64,000 bases of DNA from Bacillus sp. (in: firmicutes). Its GTDB lineage: Bacteria > Bacillota > Bacilli > Bacillales > Bacillaceae_G. The notes under the pieces are model-generated. The model had not been told where the DNA came from. It saw nothing but the letters and a program-made list of their open reading frames with translations, and did not search any database. A program made the translations under genes and the position numbers. Positions 20,182 to 31,568 of the stretch are shown piece by piece; the stretch's first letter is position 1; each line of letters starts with the position of its first letter. The stretch lies in contig JBHGXS010000090.1 of assembly GCA_041920565.1 (NCBI GenBank), positions 100,049 through 164,048 on the forward strand, read 5' to 3'.

Positions 20182-20808
20182 TTGCGAGTTAAATATCATT
20201 TTGTGCCCAAAAAAGAAGTTGTGTATTGTTTAGAAACAGAATCAGTTGCACAAGCGGCTCAAAAAATGAAAGAGAGCGGGTATCGTTGCATCCCTGTATT
20301 ATCAAAGGATGAACTGAAGTTTGCCGGATTAGTATATAAAGTGGATGTCTTAGAATATTTGTACGAACAAAATGGAACAGAAAGCAGTCCGGTTACAAGC
20401 ATCATAGAAGACGGTCATGCGTATGTACTTGAAAGAGATTCTTTCTTTCGAGCCTTTTACACCATCCGACGGTTGCCGTTTTTGGCAGTGTTAAACGACT
20501 ACCATCAATTTGTAGGAATTTTGACGCATTCGAACGTGTTCGACGTGATTGAAGATTCGTTCGGGATGAATACAGGCGGCTATACGCTCACCATAGCAAC
20601 TCATGATAATAAAGGCACTATTAAAGAGCTGGGAACCATTTTAAAAAATTATAATATCGGCGGATTGCTGACAATTGATAACGGTGACCAATATGTCCGG
20701 AGAATCATTGTGAACATTACGGATGAGCTGACCGAAGAACAATTGGGGAAATTGATTGCCAAAATTGAGAAAAAAGATTTTCGCATCAGCCATGTGGATC
20801 GGATTTAA
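20182..20808 (+). CDS. Tandem-CBS + ACT-like protein (CbpA-like c-di-AMP receptor)
   Basis: GYRCIPVL, LPFLAVL..FVGILTH CBS pair plus C-terminal domain. Confidence 0.75.
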   Translation: MRVKYHFVPKKEVVYCLETESVAQAAQKMKESGYRCIPVLSKDELKFAGLVYKVDVLEYLYEQNGTESSPVTSIIEDGHAYVLERDSFFRAFYTIRRLPFLAVLNDYHQFVGILTHSNVFDVIEDSFGMNTGGYTLTIATHDNKGTIKELGTILKNYNIGGLLTIDNGDQYVRRIIVNITDELTEEQLGKLIAKIEKKDFRISHVDRI

Positions 20809-20848
20809 TAGCGCATAAGAAAAGAGAGGTTATCAAACCTCTCTTTTC

Positions 20849-21622
20849 TTATGGAATCGGGATGGGATTCTGCTTTGGAACCAGTTCAGATAAAAATACG
20901 AATCGGGCTTTTTCTTTTATTTTCGGAATATAGGAAGCTAACACGTTTGATGTAATTTCTCCCGGAGGGCCTACGTGTCCGATAGCGATAAGGACCGGAT
21001 CTGTATTGATCTTTTGAAGGAGTATGTTAGCTTGTTTTGCGATATGGGAATGCGTATATAAATCATCAAAAAATAACTCATTTTCGACGACAGGCACGCC
21101 TAGTTCCTTGCCGACTTTGGAGGCTACGCTTTTAGAATTTGTTCGGCTGTCAAGATAAAATAACCCATATTCTTTGCAAACAGATAATACGATGCGCATG
21201 ACCCGTTCGTCTGCGGTAGCTTTTGAGCCCATATGATTGTTCATTCCTATGGCATAGGGAACATCTTCAATAGCAGCTGTTACGCGTTTACGAATTTCTT
21301 TGTCACTTAGGTCGGTTGTAATAGCATTAGGACCAAGCCAGCTTTTTTTCCCTCTGTATGGCTCCATCGGAAGATGCACAATCACTTCATAGCCTTTTTT
21401 GTGAGCCAATGCTGCATCTTGCTTTGTAGAAGGTAAAAACGGCATGACAGCTGCAGTTAAAGGAATGGGAAGAGACAGCATTTGTTCCGTCCCTTTCATG
21501 TTATTGCCAAAGTCATCAATAACGATGACAACTTTATGATGAGAAGCAGCTATTGCAGAATTGAAAGGGAGCATGGATAAAAAAAATAGAATAGGCAGGA
21601 TCATTAATCGTTTCACACACAT
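20849..21622 (-). CDS. Divergent polysaccharide deacetylase
   Basis: IVIDDFG, HLPMEP, NNHMGS, YLDSRT, IAIGH. Confidence 0.9.
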   Translation of the reverse strand: MCVKRLMILPILFFLSMLPFNSAIAASHHKVVIVIDDFGNNMKGTEQMLSLPIPLTAAVMPFLPSTKQDAALAHKKGYEVIVHLPMEPYRGKKSWLGPNAITTDLSDKEIRKRVTAAIEDVPYAIGMNNHMGSKATADERVMRIVLSVCKEYGLFYLDSRTNSKSVASKVGKELGVPVVENELFFDDLYTHSHIAKQANILLQKINTDPVLIAIGHVGPPGEITSNVLASYIPKIKEKARFVFLSELVPKQNPIPIP

Positions 21623-21928
21623 TCTCCTTTATAATCAAAATGTCACTTTGTTGTTATTTTTTGCGATTGATGACGAATTTAACCGAGTAAAATGTCGAGT
21701 CAAAAATAGATAGAGCCTCTTCAAAGGCAGAGCCTGCAAGAACTCAAACAAACAGGACTCAAAAAAGATACAGAAAAAAATGTCTATTTATTGCGAATGT
21801 ATTTACAAAGATAGAATAATTTGTAATAATTCTCAAAGTGAGGTTAAGATTTTGTAAATTGCAAACAAATAGCGATGAATTTTGGATAAAACTGGAGAAA
21901 TGTGCGATTGTTTATGAGGGGGAGAAGA

Positions 21929-22231
21929 ATGTTTACGTTAAGAAAAAAGTGCATAATGGACAAGCTGTTGCTTGAGATTAAGTGCAAGCGTGAAGAAATG
22001 ATTGAAGCCGGTTTGAATTACGGTTTCGATAGTATGGAGACGATCCGTGCCAGTCAAGAGCTGGACATTTTAATAGTAAAATATCAGCGCTGCAAAGAGA
22101 AAGTAAACCAAGACTTCCTGGCATATGCTTTGAAAAAGGCGGCATCAATTCTGCCTCCTTCATTTCGAAAAGCAAGACAGCCTCTGGTAAAATCGTTTAT
22201 TACAGCTCTTATGACAAGTATGCTTCGTTAA
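21929..22231 (+). CDS. Spo0E-family aspartyl-phosphate phosphatase
   Basis: SQELD signature. Confidence 0.85.
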   Translation: MFTLRKKCIMDKLLLEIKCKREEMIEAGLNYGFDSMETIRASQELDILIVKYQRCKEKVNQDFLAYALKKAASILPPSFRKARQPLVKSFITALMTSMLR

Positions 22232-22354
22232 AAAATGAATTACAAGATAGGAATTAGATCTTGACTCTCTGTGTCCCCCATCTTCCTTTCTTGCTTCCTA
22301 GAGCAGACGTTTTTATGGGAAATCCCCATCTGCAAGAGACGGGGAGCTGTTCTG

Positions 22355-23851
22355 TTATGCACTGGCAAGAGGCAAAAAGATATGGACCACCGTTCCCTTG
22401 CCTTCTGTACTCGTGATAGAAATGTCGCCATCATACATATCCATGATACGTTTACACACGACAAGACCTAATCCGGTTCCTGTTTCTTTGTTTGTAAAGA
22501 ACGGATCGAATATTTTCTTTTTGACTTCTTCAGGCATTCCAATGCCTGTATCAGTAATCCGGACTTGTGCTTTGTCGTTTCGAGCGCCAACCTCAATCGT
22601 CAGCGTGTCACCCTGCTTCATAGCATCAAAGGCGTTTTTGGTAATATTCAGAATGACTTGTTTAATGTGGTCTTTGGAGCAGCGGATGGGAATGTTTTTA
22701 TCTTCCATCACTGTTATGAACTGAATTCCGTGCAAATTTGCTTCGGATTGAATAATTAAGGACACCTCTTTGACAATGTCTTTTAAATCATAGGTATGCT
22801 GTTTTACGGAGGTCGGCTTTCCTAGTATTAAAAATTCGCTGACAATTTCATTGATGCGCTGGATTTCTTTTTGGATGATAGAAAAATAAAATTGATCTTC
22901 TTCTTCTTTATGTTTCTCGCTTAATAGCGTAACCAGCCCTTTAATTCCGGTCAGCGGATTTCGGATTTCGTGGGCAGTGCTCGCAGCCAATGTTCCCACC
23001 AACTCAAGCTTTTGTACTTCGTTTTGCATGCGCTCTTGTCTTGTTTGCCGTTTTAAAAGTGCATACCTAATAAGCAAGAAGATAATATTGGTCAAAAACA
23101 AAGTAACAAGTAATTCTATAAAAAAACTGTGGTAAAGAGAAGCTGTATCAATCGGTAAAGGATACACGGTTATTTGCCACGGTGCTTTGTCGAGGGAAAG
23201 CGTGACTTTATTTTCATCATCCTTATGTTTATAGTGATCATCATCTTGCAAAAATACGGTTCCGTTGTTATCAGCAACTTCGAAATGATATTTCGGTTCG
23301 AGTCTATTTAACGAATTGGAAATGTAACCAAGACGCAAACTAGATATTAAAATACCTGTTACTTGTTTAAAGTGCTCCAAAACAGGAGTAGCCACTGCGA
23401 TAACTTTGTCTTGCTTTATTCTCCCCGTAAGAGCGGGAGAGATAGTGGTTTTCTTTTCGCGCAGTACTTCTTGTATGTATGGACGATCTGCTACATTTAT
23501 CGTTTTTGACAGAGGATGCGAAGCCAAAAAAATTTCAGCATCGGCATGTGCATAATAAAAGCCGGAAAAGCGCGGATCCTTTTCATTGGTACCTGCAAGA
23601 ATTTCTTTTATTTCTTGATTATTTTTATGAGTAGTATTTATAACCATTGCAAGCATTTCCAATCCGGAAGTCGCTTCACCCATGTACCTATTCAAATAAT
23701 CTTTATACAGATCGGCGACTGCATGTGTCTGCATCTTTCGTTCCTGTTTCATGATGTAGCCGTGATAAGTGAACAGCAACATGCTTACAGTAATGGTAGG
23801 TATGATGACAAGCAACACGTATAGTAAAATACTCCGTATTGTTGAGTTCAC
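22355..23851 (-). CDS. Cache-domain sensor histidine kinase (KinD-like)
   Basis: TM-Cache (ADRPY)-TM; AHEIRNPL; GTGLGL. Confidence 0.9.
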   Translation of the reverse strand: MNSTIRSILLYVLLVIIPTITVSMLLFTYHGYIMKQERKMQTHAVADLYKDYLNRYMGEATSGLEMLAMVINTTHKNNQEIKEILAGTNEKDPRFSGFYYAHADAEIFLASHPLSKTINVADRPYIQEVLREKKTTISPALTGRIKQDKVIAVATPVLEHFKQVTGILISSLRLGYISNSLNRLEPKYHFEVADNNGTVFLQDDDHYKHKDDENKVTLSLDKAPWQITVYPLPIDTASLYHSFFIELLVTLFLTNIIFLLIRYALLKRQTRQERMQNEVQKLELVGTLAASTAHEIRNPLTGIKGLVTLLSEKHKEEEDQFYFSIIQKEIQRINEIVSEFLILGKPTSVKQHTYDLKDIVKEVSLIIQSEANLHGIQFITVMEDKNIPIRCSKDHIKQVILNITKNAFDAMKQGDTLTIEVGARNDKAQVRITDTGIGMPEEVKKKIFDPFFTNKETGTGLGLVVCKRIMDMYDGDISITSTEGKGTVVHIFLPLASA

Positions 23852-24114
23852 AATTTTTGCTCCCTTAAATATACTTCGTTTCTTATATTATAATGCAAAA
23901 CAAATCGAAATAGGAATATTTTTGTCGAATATTAGTACGAGTTCTTTATAAAAATCTGCTTTTTCAGGCAGTGTCCGTAAACTTTTTGTTTTTAACAACA
24001 ATCTTTTAGAACAGTCTTTTTTAATAGTTGAGCTACCCCTTGTTGACATTGTTGCTCAGCAATCGTTATAATGTTTTTATTTTGAGATATCTTAACTTAA
24101 AGGATATGAAGCGA

Positions 24115-24558
24115 ATGGATAAAAAATATAAAGCAGAAGACGTTCAAATGTCATTAAAGGTTTTTATAGCCCTCTCACGTGCTCAACGTATGTTGATGGA
24201 CATTTCCAATAAGTCTGCGCAAAGCGGCGGTTTAAATCCAACGGAGTTTGCGGTGTTAGAGCTCCTGTTTCATAAAGGAGAGCAGCCGCTGCAGAGAATT
24301 GGCGAGAAGATCTTAATTGCGAGCGGAAGCATTACTTATGTAGTCGATAAGCTAGAAAAGAAAGAATTGGCAGTGCGCAGACCATGTCCGCGTGACCGGC
24401 GCGTCATATATGCCCAGCTTACCGAAAAGGGAAAAGCATTGATGGAAGAGCTGTTTCCAAAGCATGAAGTTATCATTCATGAATCTCTAGAGATTTTATC
24501 GCCGGAAGAAAAAGAACAACTTTTAGCGCTATTGAAAAAAGTAGGGCGATATGCGTAA
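24115..24558 (+). CDS. MarR-family regulator (MhqR-like)
   Basis: GLNPTEFAVLELLFHKG...SGSITYVVDKLE...DRR. Confidence 0.85.
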   Translation: MDKKYKAEDVQMSLKVFIALSRAQRMLMDISNKSAQSGGLNPTEFAVLELLFHKGEQPLQRIGEKILIASGSITYVVDKLEKKELAVRRPCPRDRRVIYAQLTEKGKALMEELFPKHEVIIHESLEILSPEEKEQLLALLKKVGRYA

Positions 24559-24609
24559 GTAAAATGAATCCACTGTTTATATATCGAGGCTTAGAAAGGA
24601 TTGGAGAGC

Positions 24610-25308
24610 ATGATAAAAGTGTTTCCCGGGGAGTTGCGTTATACAGCAAATCACGGCTGGCTCGAAAGCAGATTCAGCTTTTCATTTGCCGAATATTATG
24701 ATCCGAATAATGTAATGTTTGGGCCTCTGCGTGTGTTCAACGATGATATTGTTGCGCCTGGACGAGGATTTGCTATGCACCCGCATCAAGAAATGGAAAT
24801 TGTTTCAATTGTGTTAGAAGGATATTTAAAGCATGAAGACAGCTGCTGTAACAGCGCAACCATAACATTCGGAGAAGTGCAGAGAATGTCAGCAGGAACC
24901 GGGATTTTTCATTCTGAAACGAATCCATCATCAGAAGAACACGTCAATTTCCTGCAGCTTTGGTTCGTTCCGGAAGAGCGGGGGTTAACGCCTTCTTATG
25001 AAAAAACAGCATATACTGTTGCCAATATGAAAAATCGGCTGCTGCCGATTGTATCAAAACAATCTTCAAAGGAAGTGGCATATATTCATCAAGATGTCAC
25101 GCTATATTTATCGGACTTAGACAATGCCTCTCTCACTTATATTCCAAAGCCGGAGCGAAAAACCTTCCTCTTTATTATTGAAGGTGATGCTGTAATTAAT
25201 AATACGATTCAATTACATCGCAGAGATTCTGCAAGAATACTAGAAGAGGAACAGATCATTATTTCTTCGCAACAAGGAACTCGCTTTTTATTAATAGATT
25301 TGCCTTAA
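24610..25308 (+). CDS. Pirin-family protein
   Basis: HGWLESRFSFSF, HPH, MSAGTGIFHSE. Confidence 0.9.
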   Translation: MIKVFPGELRYTANHGWLESRFSFSFAEYYDPNNVMFGPLRVFNDDIVAPGRGFAMHPHQEMEIVSIVLEGYLKHEDSCCNSATITFGEVQRMSAGTGIFHSETNPSSEEHVNFLQLWFVPEERGLTPSYEKTAYTVANMKNRLLPIVSKQSSKEVAYIHQDVTLYLSDLDNASLTYIPKPERKTFLFIIEGDAVINNTIQLHRRDSARILEEEQIIISSQQGTRFLLIDLP

Positions 25309-25467
25309 ACTTCGATTCTTTGAATCGAAGTTTTTTCTTAGCATAAAAAGGGGAACCATTTTGAAAATGGAATATAGTAAGTAAGATTCCGTGTTTGTTC
25401 AGTTGATGGAATAGGAGAAGAACCAATGTAATAAGGTAAATATGAAATACATAAAGGGGGAGACACG

Positions 25468-27162
25468 ATGACATTTGAAAAGTACGTATATGTCCGACCG
25501 AATGTGAAAGAAGTAGAAGAAAAGTTTCAAGGAGCTTTGCAGAAATTTTATGATGCATCCACAGTTCAAGAACAAGAACTGGCTATGAAGGAAATGAATG
25601 AAATTCGAAACGATTTCAATACGATGTCAAACCTCTGCTATATCCGTCACACAGTCGATACAAACGATGAATTTTATAAGAGAGAACAAGAATTTTTTGA
25701 TGAATATTCACCTGTTGTAAAGGGGTTTGTCACAAACTACTATAAAGCGCTTGTTCACTCTCCGTTTCGCGAGCAGCTGGAGAAGAAATATGGGACACAA
25801 TTATTCTCTTTGGCAGAATGTGAACTAAAAACATATTCTGACGCAGTCCTTGAAGAGTTACAGACTGAGAACAAGCTATCCTCTCAATATACAAAGCTCT
25901 TGGCATCAGCGAAAATCTTGTTTGAAGGAGAAGAGCGCACGCTGTCTCAGCTGGGACCATTTATGCAGCATAAAAGCCGTGAGATGAGAAAGCGTGCTTA
26001 TGAAGCGTATACGGGATTTATGGCAGAGCATGATCAAGAGCTCGATGAGATTTATGATAAGCTTGTCAAAGTGCGCACAACAATTGCCAAAAAGCTTGGA
26101 TTTGCAAATTTTGTAGAGTTGGGATACGCCAGAATGTGCCGTACCGATTATAATGCGGAAATGGTAGCGAATTTTCGTCAACAGGTGCTCGATTATATCG
26201 TACCGCTCGCTTCGAAACTGAGAGAGCGTCAGGAAAAGCGAATCGGCGTCGATAAGCTTAAATATTATGATGAAAATTTTGAGTATGCAACCGGCAATGC
26301 GACTCCAAAAGGAGATGCTGCTTGGATCATTGAAAATGGAAAGAATATGTACAAAGAGCTTTCAAAGGAAACCGATGCGTTCTTTACCTTCATGATTGAA
26401 AACAATCTCATGGATTTAGTGGCCAAAAAGGGCAAGGCGGGAGGAGGCTACTGCTCATACATTGAAAATTATAAAGCGCCGTTTATTTTCTCGAATTTTA
26501 ACGGTACCTCAGGCGACATTGACGTATTGACACATGAAGCAGGGCATGCATTTCAAGTATACGAAAGCCGCCACTTTGAAATCCCGGAATATTATTGGCC
26601 GACGTATGAAGCGTGCGAAATTCATTCCATGAGCATGGAGTTTTTTACATGGCCTTGGATGGAACGCTTCTTTAAGGAAGATACAGAAAAATATTACTTT
26701 ACTCATTTAAGCTCTGCGCTCTTATTTTTACCATACGGCGTAGCTGTAGATGAATTTCAACACTATGTATACGATAATCCAGATGCAACACCTGAAGAGC
26801 GTAAACAGGCATGGCGCACCATCGAGAAAAAATATTTACCGCATAAAGATTATGAAGGGAATTCCTATTTAGAACGAGGCGGATATTGGCAGCAACAAGG
26901 CCATATTTACAATTCACCGTTTTATTACATTGACTATACGCTAGCGCAAATTTGCGCTTTTCAATTTTGGAAGCGCGCGAGAGAAAATCGTGAAGAAGCA
27001 TGGAATGACTATGTGAATCTTTGCCGCCAAGGCGGAAGCAAGTCGTTCTTGGAGCTTGTAGAAGTTGCCAAATTGCAATCCCCGTTTGCTGACGGATGCG
27101 TCGAATCCGTTGTAGACGAGATTCAAGCGTGGCTCGATCGGGTTGATGACACAAAATTGTAA
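25468..27162 (+). CDS. M3-family oligoendopeptidase
   Basis: HEAGH, EIHSMSMEF, PFYYIDY. Confidence 0.93.
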   Translation: MTFEKYVYVRPNVKEVEEKFQGALQKFYDASTVQEQELAMKEMNEIRNDFNTMSNLCYIRHTVDTNDEFYKREQEFFDEYSPVVKGFVTNYYKALVHSPFREQLEKKYGTQLFSLAECELKTYSDAVLEELQTENKLSSQYTKLLASAKILFEGEERTLSQLGPFMQHKSREMRKRAYEAYTGFMAEHDQELDEIYDKLVKVRTTIAKKLGFANFVELGYARMCRTDYNAEMVANFRQQVLDYIVPLASKLRERQEKRIGVDKLKYYDENFEYATGNATPKGDAAWIIENGKNMYKELSKETDAFFTFMIENNLMDLVAKKGKAGGGYCSYIENYKAPFIFSNFNGTSGDIDVLTHEAGHAFQVYESRHFEIPEYYWPTYEACEIHSMSMEFFTWPWMERFFKEDTEKYYFTHLSSALLFLPYGVAVDEFQHYVYDNPDATPEERKQAWRTIEKKYLPHKDYEGNSYLERGGYWQQQGHIYNSPFYYIDYTLAQICAFQFWKRARENREEAWNDYVNLCRQGGSKSFLELVEVAKLQSPFADGCVESVVDEIQAWLDRVDDTKL

Positions 27163-27181
27163 GAAATGAAGGAGAAAACGT

Positions 27182-27670
27182 ATGAGGATTGAATCGACAC
27201 CGCCCTCCAGCCATGAGATAATAGAAGAAAATATATTGTATGAATCATTAGAATATTTGATCAATATTGCTGCGCAATGTCCATTTGACAGCACAGTTCA
27301 GTACCAGTGCGGAGCGATGCATGACAGACTCGGATTAGAACAGACAGCAATCGTGTATTATGAAAAGGCTGTTGCACTCGGATTGCCAAAGCATTTGCAG
27401 GAGCACGCAGTCATTGGACTGGGAAGCAGTTTCCGCTGCACCGGCAGTTACGAACAAGCGCGAAAGGTGCTCGAAGAAGGAGCGGTTATGTTTCCGCATA
27501 ACGCGGCAATTCGAGCGTTTTTAGCCATGACATACTACAATCTCGGCGAATATCAAGCTGCGATGGAGCTGCTGTTAAAGGGATTAGTCTCTGCGCCGCA
27601 TGACAAAATGATTCAAAAGTATGCGAAAGCAATATGCTTCCATGCGGAACAACTAGATGTCACATTTTGA
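27182..27670 (+). CDS. TPR-repeat protein
   Basis: YYEKAVALGL...GLGSSFR..G.Y..A...FLAMTYYNLG. Confidence 0.8.
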   Translation: MRIESTPPSSHEIIEENILYESLEYLINIAAQCPFDSTVQYQCGAMHDRLGLEQTAIVYYEKAVALGLPKHLQEHAVIGLGSSFRCTGSYEQARKVLEEGAVMFPHNAAIRAFLAMTYYNLGEYQAAMELLLKGLVSAPHDKMIQKYAKAICFHAEQLDVTF

Positions 27671-27733
27671 AAAATGGAGAGTGTTTCTTTTCGCAGAAAC
27701 GCTCTCTTTTTTATATAGAAGGAGGGAATTTTG

Positions 27734-28282
27734 ATGGGATATGCAAATACAGAAGTAAACATTCCTGCTTTGGTACAATATTTGACAGAAACTCGTGAAG
27801 CGCTTTGGAAGAAAATCGAAGGTTTAAATGATACGCATCTAAATACAAAGCCGAAGCGGGAAAAATGGAGCATTATGCAAAACTTGCATCACCTTTATCT
27901 TATTGAGCAATCCGTGACGTCAGCTGTTTCATACGGCTTGCAGAAGAGTGAAAGAAAACCGGTGGAAGCAAAGCCTATTCATTTGACAGTCAACCGCACT
28001 CGAAAGGTAGAGGCTCCGGAACAGCTTCGTCCGACCGAAACCATTATGAAGCGGGATGAGATAAAGGAACTGTTGAAACATTCTCGTGAAAAGCTGTTTC
28101 ATTTGCTGCACAGCGTTGTGGATGAAACTGAATTAATTGAAAAATCGCTTCGTCACCCTGTATTTGAGGAATTATCCCTTTATCAATGGTTTGCATTTCT
28201 TGCAGCTCATGAACGCCGGCATATCGAGCAAATTCAAGAAGCCAAGCGCGCTATCGTAAGAGAGGAAGGAAAACAGGCTTAG
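27734..28282 (+). CDS. DinB-family protein
   Basis: WSIMQNLHHL, HPVF, HERRH. Confidence 0.88.
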   Translation: MGYANTEVNIPALVQYLTETREALWKKIEGLNDTHLNTKPKREKWSIMQNLHHLYLIEQSVTSAVSYGLQKSERKPVEAKPIHLTVNRTRKVEAPEQLRPTETIMKRDEIKELLKHSREKLFHLLHSVVDETELIEKSLRHPVFEELSLYQWFAFLAAHERRHIEQIQEAKRAIVREEGKQA

Positions 28283-28650
28283 GATATCCTAAGCCTGTTT
28301 TTATAGTTCCGCTTTTCTGGCTTCCATATGTTCACGCTTCGCTTGTACATTATCAGGAAGTATAGTGTCCTTTATGTATGTGTTAATTTACTGCTCGACT
28401 TTATCCATTGTAGAAAATTTCAAATGAATTTTCACTCATAATGCATCATGAATGTATTATTTTTTTTTATAAGTTTTGTGTAATATTTTTATTAAGATAC
28501 TGGGAGCATATTTTTTGTAGTATGTGTCATTCTATAAAGGGAAACTCCTGTTAGCAAGGGACTTTTTCCTTCATTGGCGGTCAGTTGAACAATCGGACTC
28601 ATATTTAAGGAGAATGCTGCCGAGTATACAAATAGAAAGGAGAATGAAAC

Positions 28651-28767
28651 ATGTCACACAAAAAGCGTGAAAAGGAACGTCAATGGAAAGCAAGAAAGGA
28701 AAATCAGCAGCCGCATGGAAAGGTAAAGTCGTTTGCGGAGCTGACTGCAGAAGAAGGAAAACAATAA
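28651..28767 (+). CDS. Small basic protein (38 aa)
   Basis: SD AAAGGAG; MSHKKREKERQWKARKENQQPHGKVKSFAEL...*. Confidence 0.65.
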   Translation: MSHKKREKERQWKARKENQQPHGKVKSFAELTAEEGKQ

Positions 28768-28808
28768 AACTTCATAATCAGAATGAGATAAAACGTGATG
28801 CTGCGTCA

Positions 28809-30086
28809 TCACGTTTTTATTACGTCCTGCTTTGCCAAGGGAAAGGTGAGCGTAAACTTTGTGACTACATCAAGTTCACTGGTGATTCGGATGGTGCCCT
28901 CCATTGCTTTTACAACACTAAAAACTACCATCATGCCAAGACCTGTTCCCTTGTCCTTCGTCGAATAAAAAGGAGAGCCAATTCGACTTAGCTGTTCTTG
29001 GGATATTCCGATTCCGGTATCTTCAATATGAAGAAGAACGCTTTTCTCTTCTTCTTCCAGGGAAACTGTTAATCTTCCGCCCGAAGGCATAGCCTCAATC
29101 CCGTTTTTCATGATGTTCAGCAAGCATTGATTCAGCTTTTGTTTTTCACCTAGAATAAAAATGGAATGTCCAGTCTTTTTATATTGAACTTCGGCGTTTG
29201 AAAAATTTGCTAACGGTATAATGAGGGAGACTACAGTTTGTACTTCTTTATCTATATCTAAATATTGAATTTTATAAATGCTAGGCTTAGCAAATGTCAA
29301 ATAATCAGTCAGCACATGGTTTGCTTGATCGATGCCGTCCATAGCAATGTTGAGGTAAGCATTGCGCTTCTCTTCCGTAAATGACCCGTTCTGCAGCAGC
29401 TGCAGAAATCCTCTTGTTGATGTAAGCGGATTTCGTATTTCATGGGAAATGGAGGCTGCCATTTCTCCAATAAGCTGAAACTTTTCAACATTCATTAATT
29501 CTTCTTGGAGTTTTGCTTGAGACTTTAAAATTTCCATCAAATATAACACGAGCATCGTTCCAAAGGTGCTGCAAAGCTGATAGGTGATGATATGAAATAT
29601 GTATTCTTTTGGTTGCTCAACATTCATAAGAAAAAAAGGAACCCAGGAAGCAATATAAAAAATGCTGGCGAAAACGGCGATAACCATCTTTTTGGAAGAA
29701 GAAGCTTTTAATAAAAAAGGGTGGAGCAGAATCATGAAAATATATAATATGCTTGATGAAAAGAGGGCCGCAACAGCCCCGTCTCCTCCGAGGATAAGAC
29801 GATATTCATTCATCACGAGGAGTATAAGTCCGCCGGCTACCGGACCGCCGGTCAGAGTTGTTACGATGAGCATAATTTGCCGTAAATCAAATCGGTATCC
29901 TTGCGTTGGTTCGGCAGCAAAGGTTAAGCACATAACGGTGGCAAGCAAGCTGAGAACAAGAAAGACAAAGGTGTTCAGCTTCCGGTGATGTTTCCCTTTT
30001 TGCACCCAGAACAGGTGAAAAATCAATACGGATACCAGTATGAATAAAATGCTTAAAAAAAGCTGGCCAATAAACAGTTTTAACAT
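28809..30086 (-). CDS. Membrane sensor histidine kinase (5TM-LYT, KinB-like)
   Basis: Multiple TM helices, FDLR, SHEIRNPL, GTGLG. Confidence 0.88.
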   Translation of the reverse strand: MLKLFIGQLFLSILFILVSVLIFHLFWVQKGKHHRKLNTFVFLVLSLLATVMCLTFAAEPTQGYRFDLRQIMLIVTTLTGGPVAGGLILLVMNEYRLILGGDGAVAALFSSSILYIFMILLHPFLLKASSSKKMVIAVFASIFYIASWVPFFLMNVEQPKEYIFHIITYQLCSTFGTMLVLYLMEILKSQAKLQEELMNVEKFQLIGEMAASISHEIRNPLTSTRGFLQLLQNGSFTEEKRNAYLNIAMDGIDQANHVLTDYLTFAKPSIYKIQYLDIDKEVQTVVSLIIPLANFSNAEVQYKKTGHSIFILGEKQKLNQCLLNIMKNGIEAMPSGGRLTVSLEEEEKSVLLHIEDTGIGISQEQLSRIGSPFYSTKDKGTGLGMMVVFSVVKAMEGTIRITSELDVVTKFTLTFPLAKQDVIKT

Positions 30087-30280
30087 AGCACCCCTCCTTT
30101 ATCGGAATTTTTATGCAAAAACGTGCTATAAAGATAATTCTATCATGCTATTATCATAAGATTTTTTAAATAAAAAATAATAAGTCTATTTAAAGTGGCT
30201 GTTTCATAGTTTTCTTGTACATGAATATATGTTAGAATGATGAACGAAAAACTAAAGAAGAAATCCATGCATTCAGCATG

Positions 30281-30317
30281 GGAGAGGTTCGCGAACTCCC
30301 TCTATAAAAAACTAAGG
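30281..30317 (+). ncRNA. preQ1-I riboswitch
   Basis: GGAGAGGUUCGCGAACUCCCUCUAUAAAAAACUAAGG followed by terminator aacaatatcc..ggtattgtttttt; directly upstream of queC. Confidence 0.92.
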
Positions 30318-30417
30318 AAGAACAATATCCTTGGGTATTGTTTTTTGTTTTTTACGTGATGTTCAAGAACGCTCTTCTTCTGCTTCTTTAAAAACAAGAA
30401 AAGGAGAATGAGTGAAA

Positions 30418-31080
30418 ATGAAAAAGGATAAGGCTGTAGTAGTGTTTAGCGGCGGCCAGGACAGCACTACCTGCTTGTTTTGGGCCATGCAGCATTTTGC
30501 GGAAGTTGAGACCGTTACATTTGATTACGGTCAGCGTCATAAACTCGAAATTGAGTGTGCGGCTGCGATTGCAAAAGAATTGGGAGTCAAGCATACGGTG
30601 CTTGATATGAGCTTATTGAATCAGCTTGCTCCTAATGCTTTAACGAGATCGGATGTAGCCATTACTCAACAAGAAGGAGAACTTCCTTCTACTTTCGTTG
30701 ATGGACGCAACCTGTTATTTTTGTCATTTGCGGCAGTGCTTGCCAAACAAATTGGCGCCAAGCATATTGTGACGGGAGTCTGTGAAACGGATTTTAGCGG
30801 ATACCCTGATTGCCGAGATGTATTTGTGAAATCGTTAAATGTTACGTTAAATCTGGCGATGGATTATCAGTTTGTCATTCATACGCCGTTAATGTGGATC
30901 AATAAAGCAGAAACATGGAAGCTGGCTGATGAATTGGGAGCTTTCGAATTTATAAGAGAAAAGACATTGACTTGCTATAATGGGATTATCGGTGACGGCT
31001 GCGGAGAATGTCCGGCATGTAAGTTGCGAAAAGCGGGATTGGACGCTTATTTATCTGAACGTGAAGGAGCGAACGTCTGA
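30418..31080 (+). CDS. queC: 7-cyano-7-deazaguanine synthase
   Basis: SGGQDST, YPDCR, CGECPAC. Confidence 0.97.
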   Translation: MKKDKAVVVFSGGQDSTTCLFWAMQHFAEVETVTFDYGQRHKLEIECAAAIAKELGVKHTVLDMSLLNQLAPNALTRSDVAITQQEGELPSTFVDGRNLLFLSFAAVLAKQIGAKHIVTGVCETDFSGYPDCRDVFVKSLNVTLNLAMDYQFVIHTPLMWINKAETWKLADELGAFEFIREKTLTCYNGIIGDGCGECPACKLRKAGLDAYLSEREGANV

Positions 31081-31568
31081 TGGAGCTGTTTGGATTTCGC
31101 ATCGTAGAGGATTTGCAGAAAATCAATAAAGACATTCAACCAAGCCAGTTAAAATATCATAATAAACGAGTGTTGGTCAGCAAAGAGTTTACGTTTGATG
31201 CCGCTCATCATTTGCACTGCTACGAAGGGAAGTGTAAAAATTTACACGGCCATACGTATAAAGTCGTATTTGGAATCAGCAGTTATGTGAACGAGATTGG
31301 CATTGCAATAGACTTTGGCGATATAAAAGATATTTGGAAGAATGAGATTGAAATTTATTTAGATCATCGTTATTTAAATGAAACCTTACCGCCAATGAAT
31401 ACAACGGCAGAAAATATGGTGGTATGGATTTTCGAGAAAATGGAAGAGGCCTTGCACAAAGGGGATCGTCCTCAGCAATATAAAGGAGCTCGTGTAGAAT
31501 TTGTCCGATTGTACGAAACGCCGACAAGCTATGCGGAAATGAGACGGGAGTGGATGGAGCTTGAGTAA
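31080..31568 (+). CDS. queD: 6-carboxytetrahydropterin synthase
   Basis: FDAAHHL, CKNLHGH, YETP. Confidence 0.96.
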   Translation: MELFGFRIVEDLQKINKDIQPSQLKYHNKRVLVSKEFTFDAAHHLHCYEGKCKNLHGHTYKVVFGISSYVNEIGIAIDFGDIKDIWKNEIEIYLDHRYLNETLPPMNTTAENMVVWIFEKMEEALHKGDRPQQYKGARVEFVRLYETPTSYAEMRREWMELE

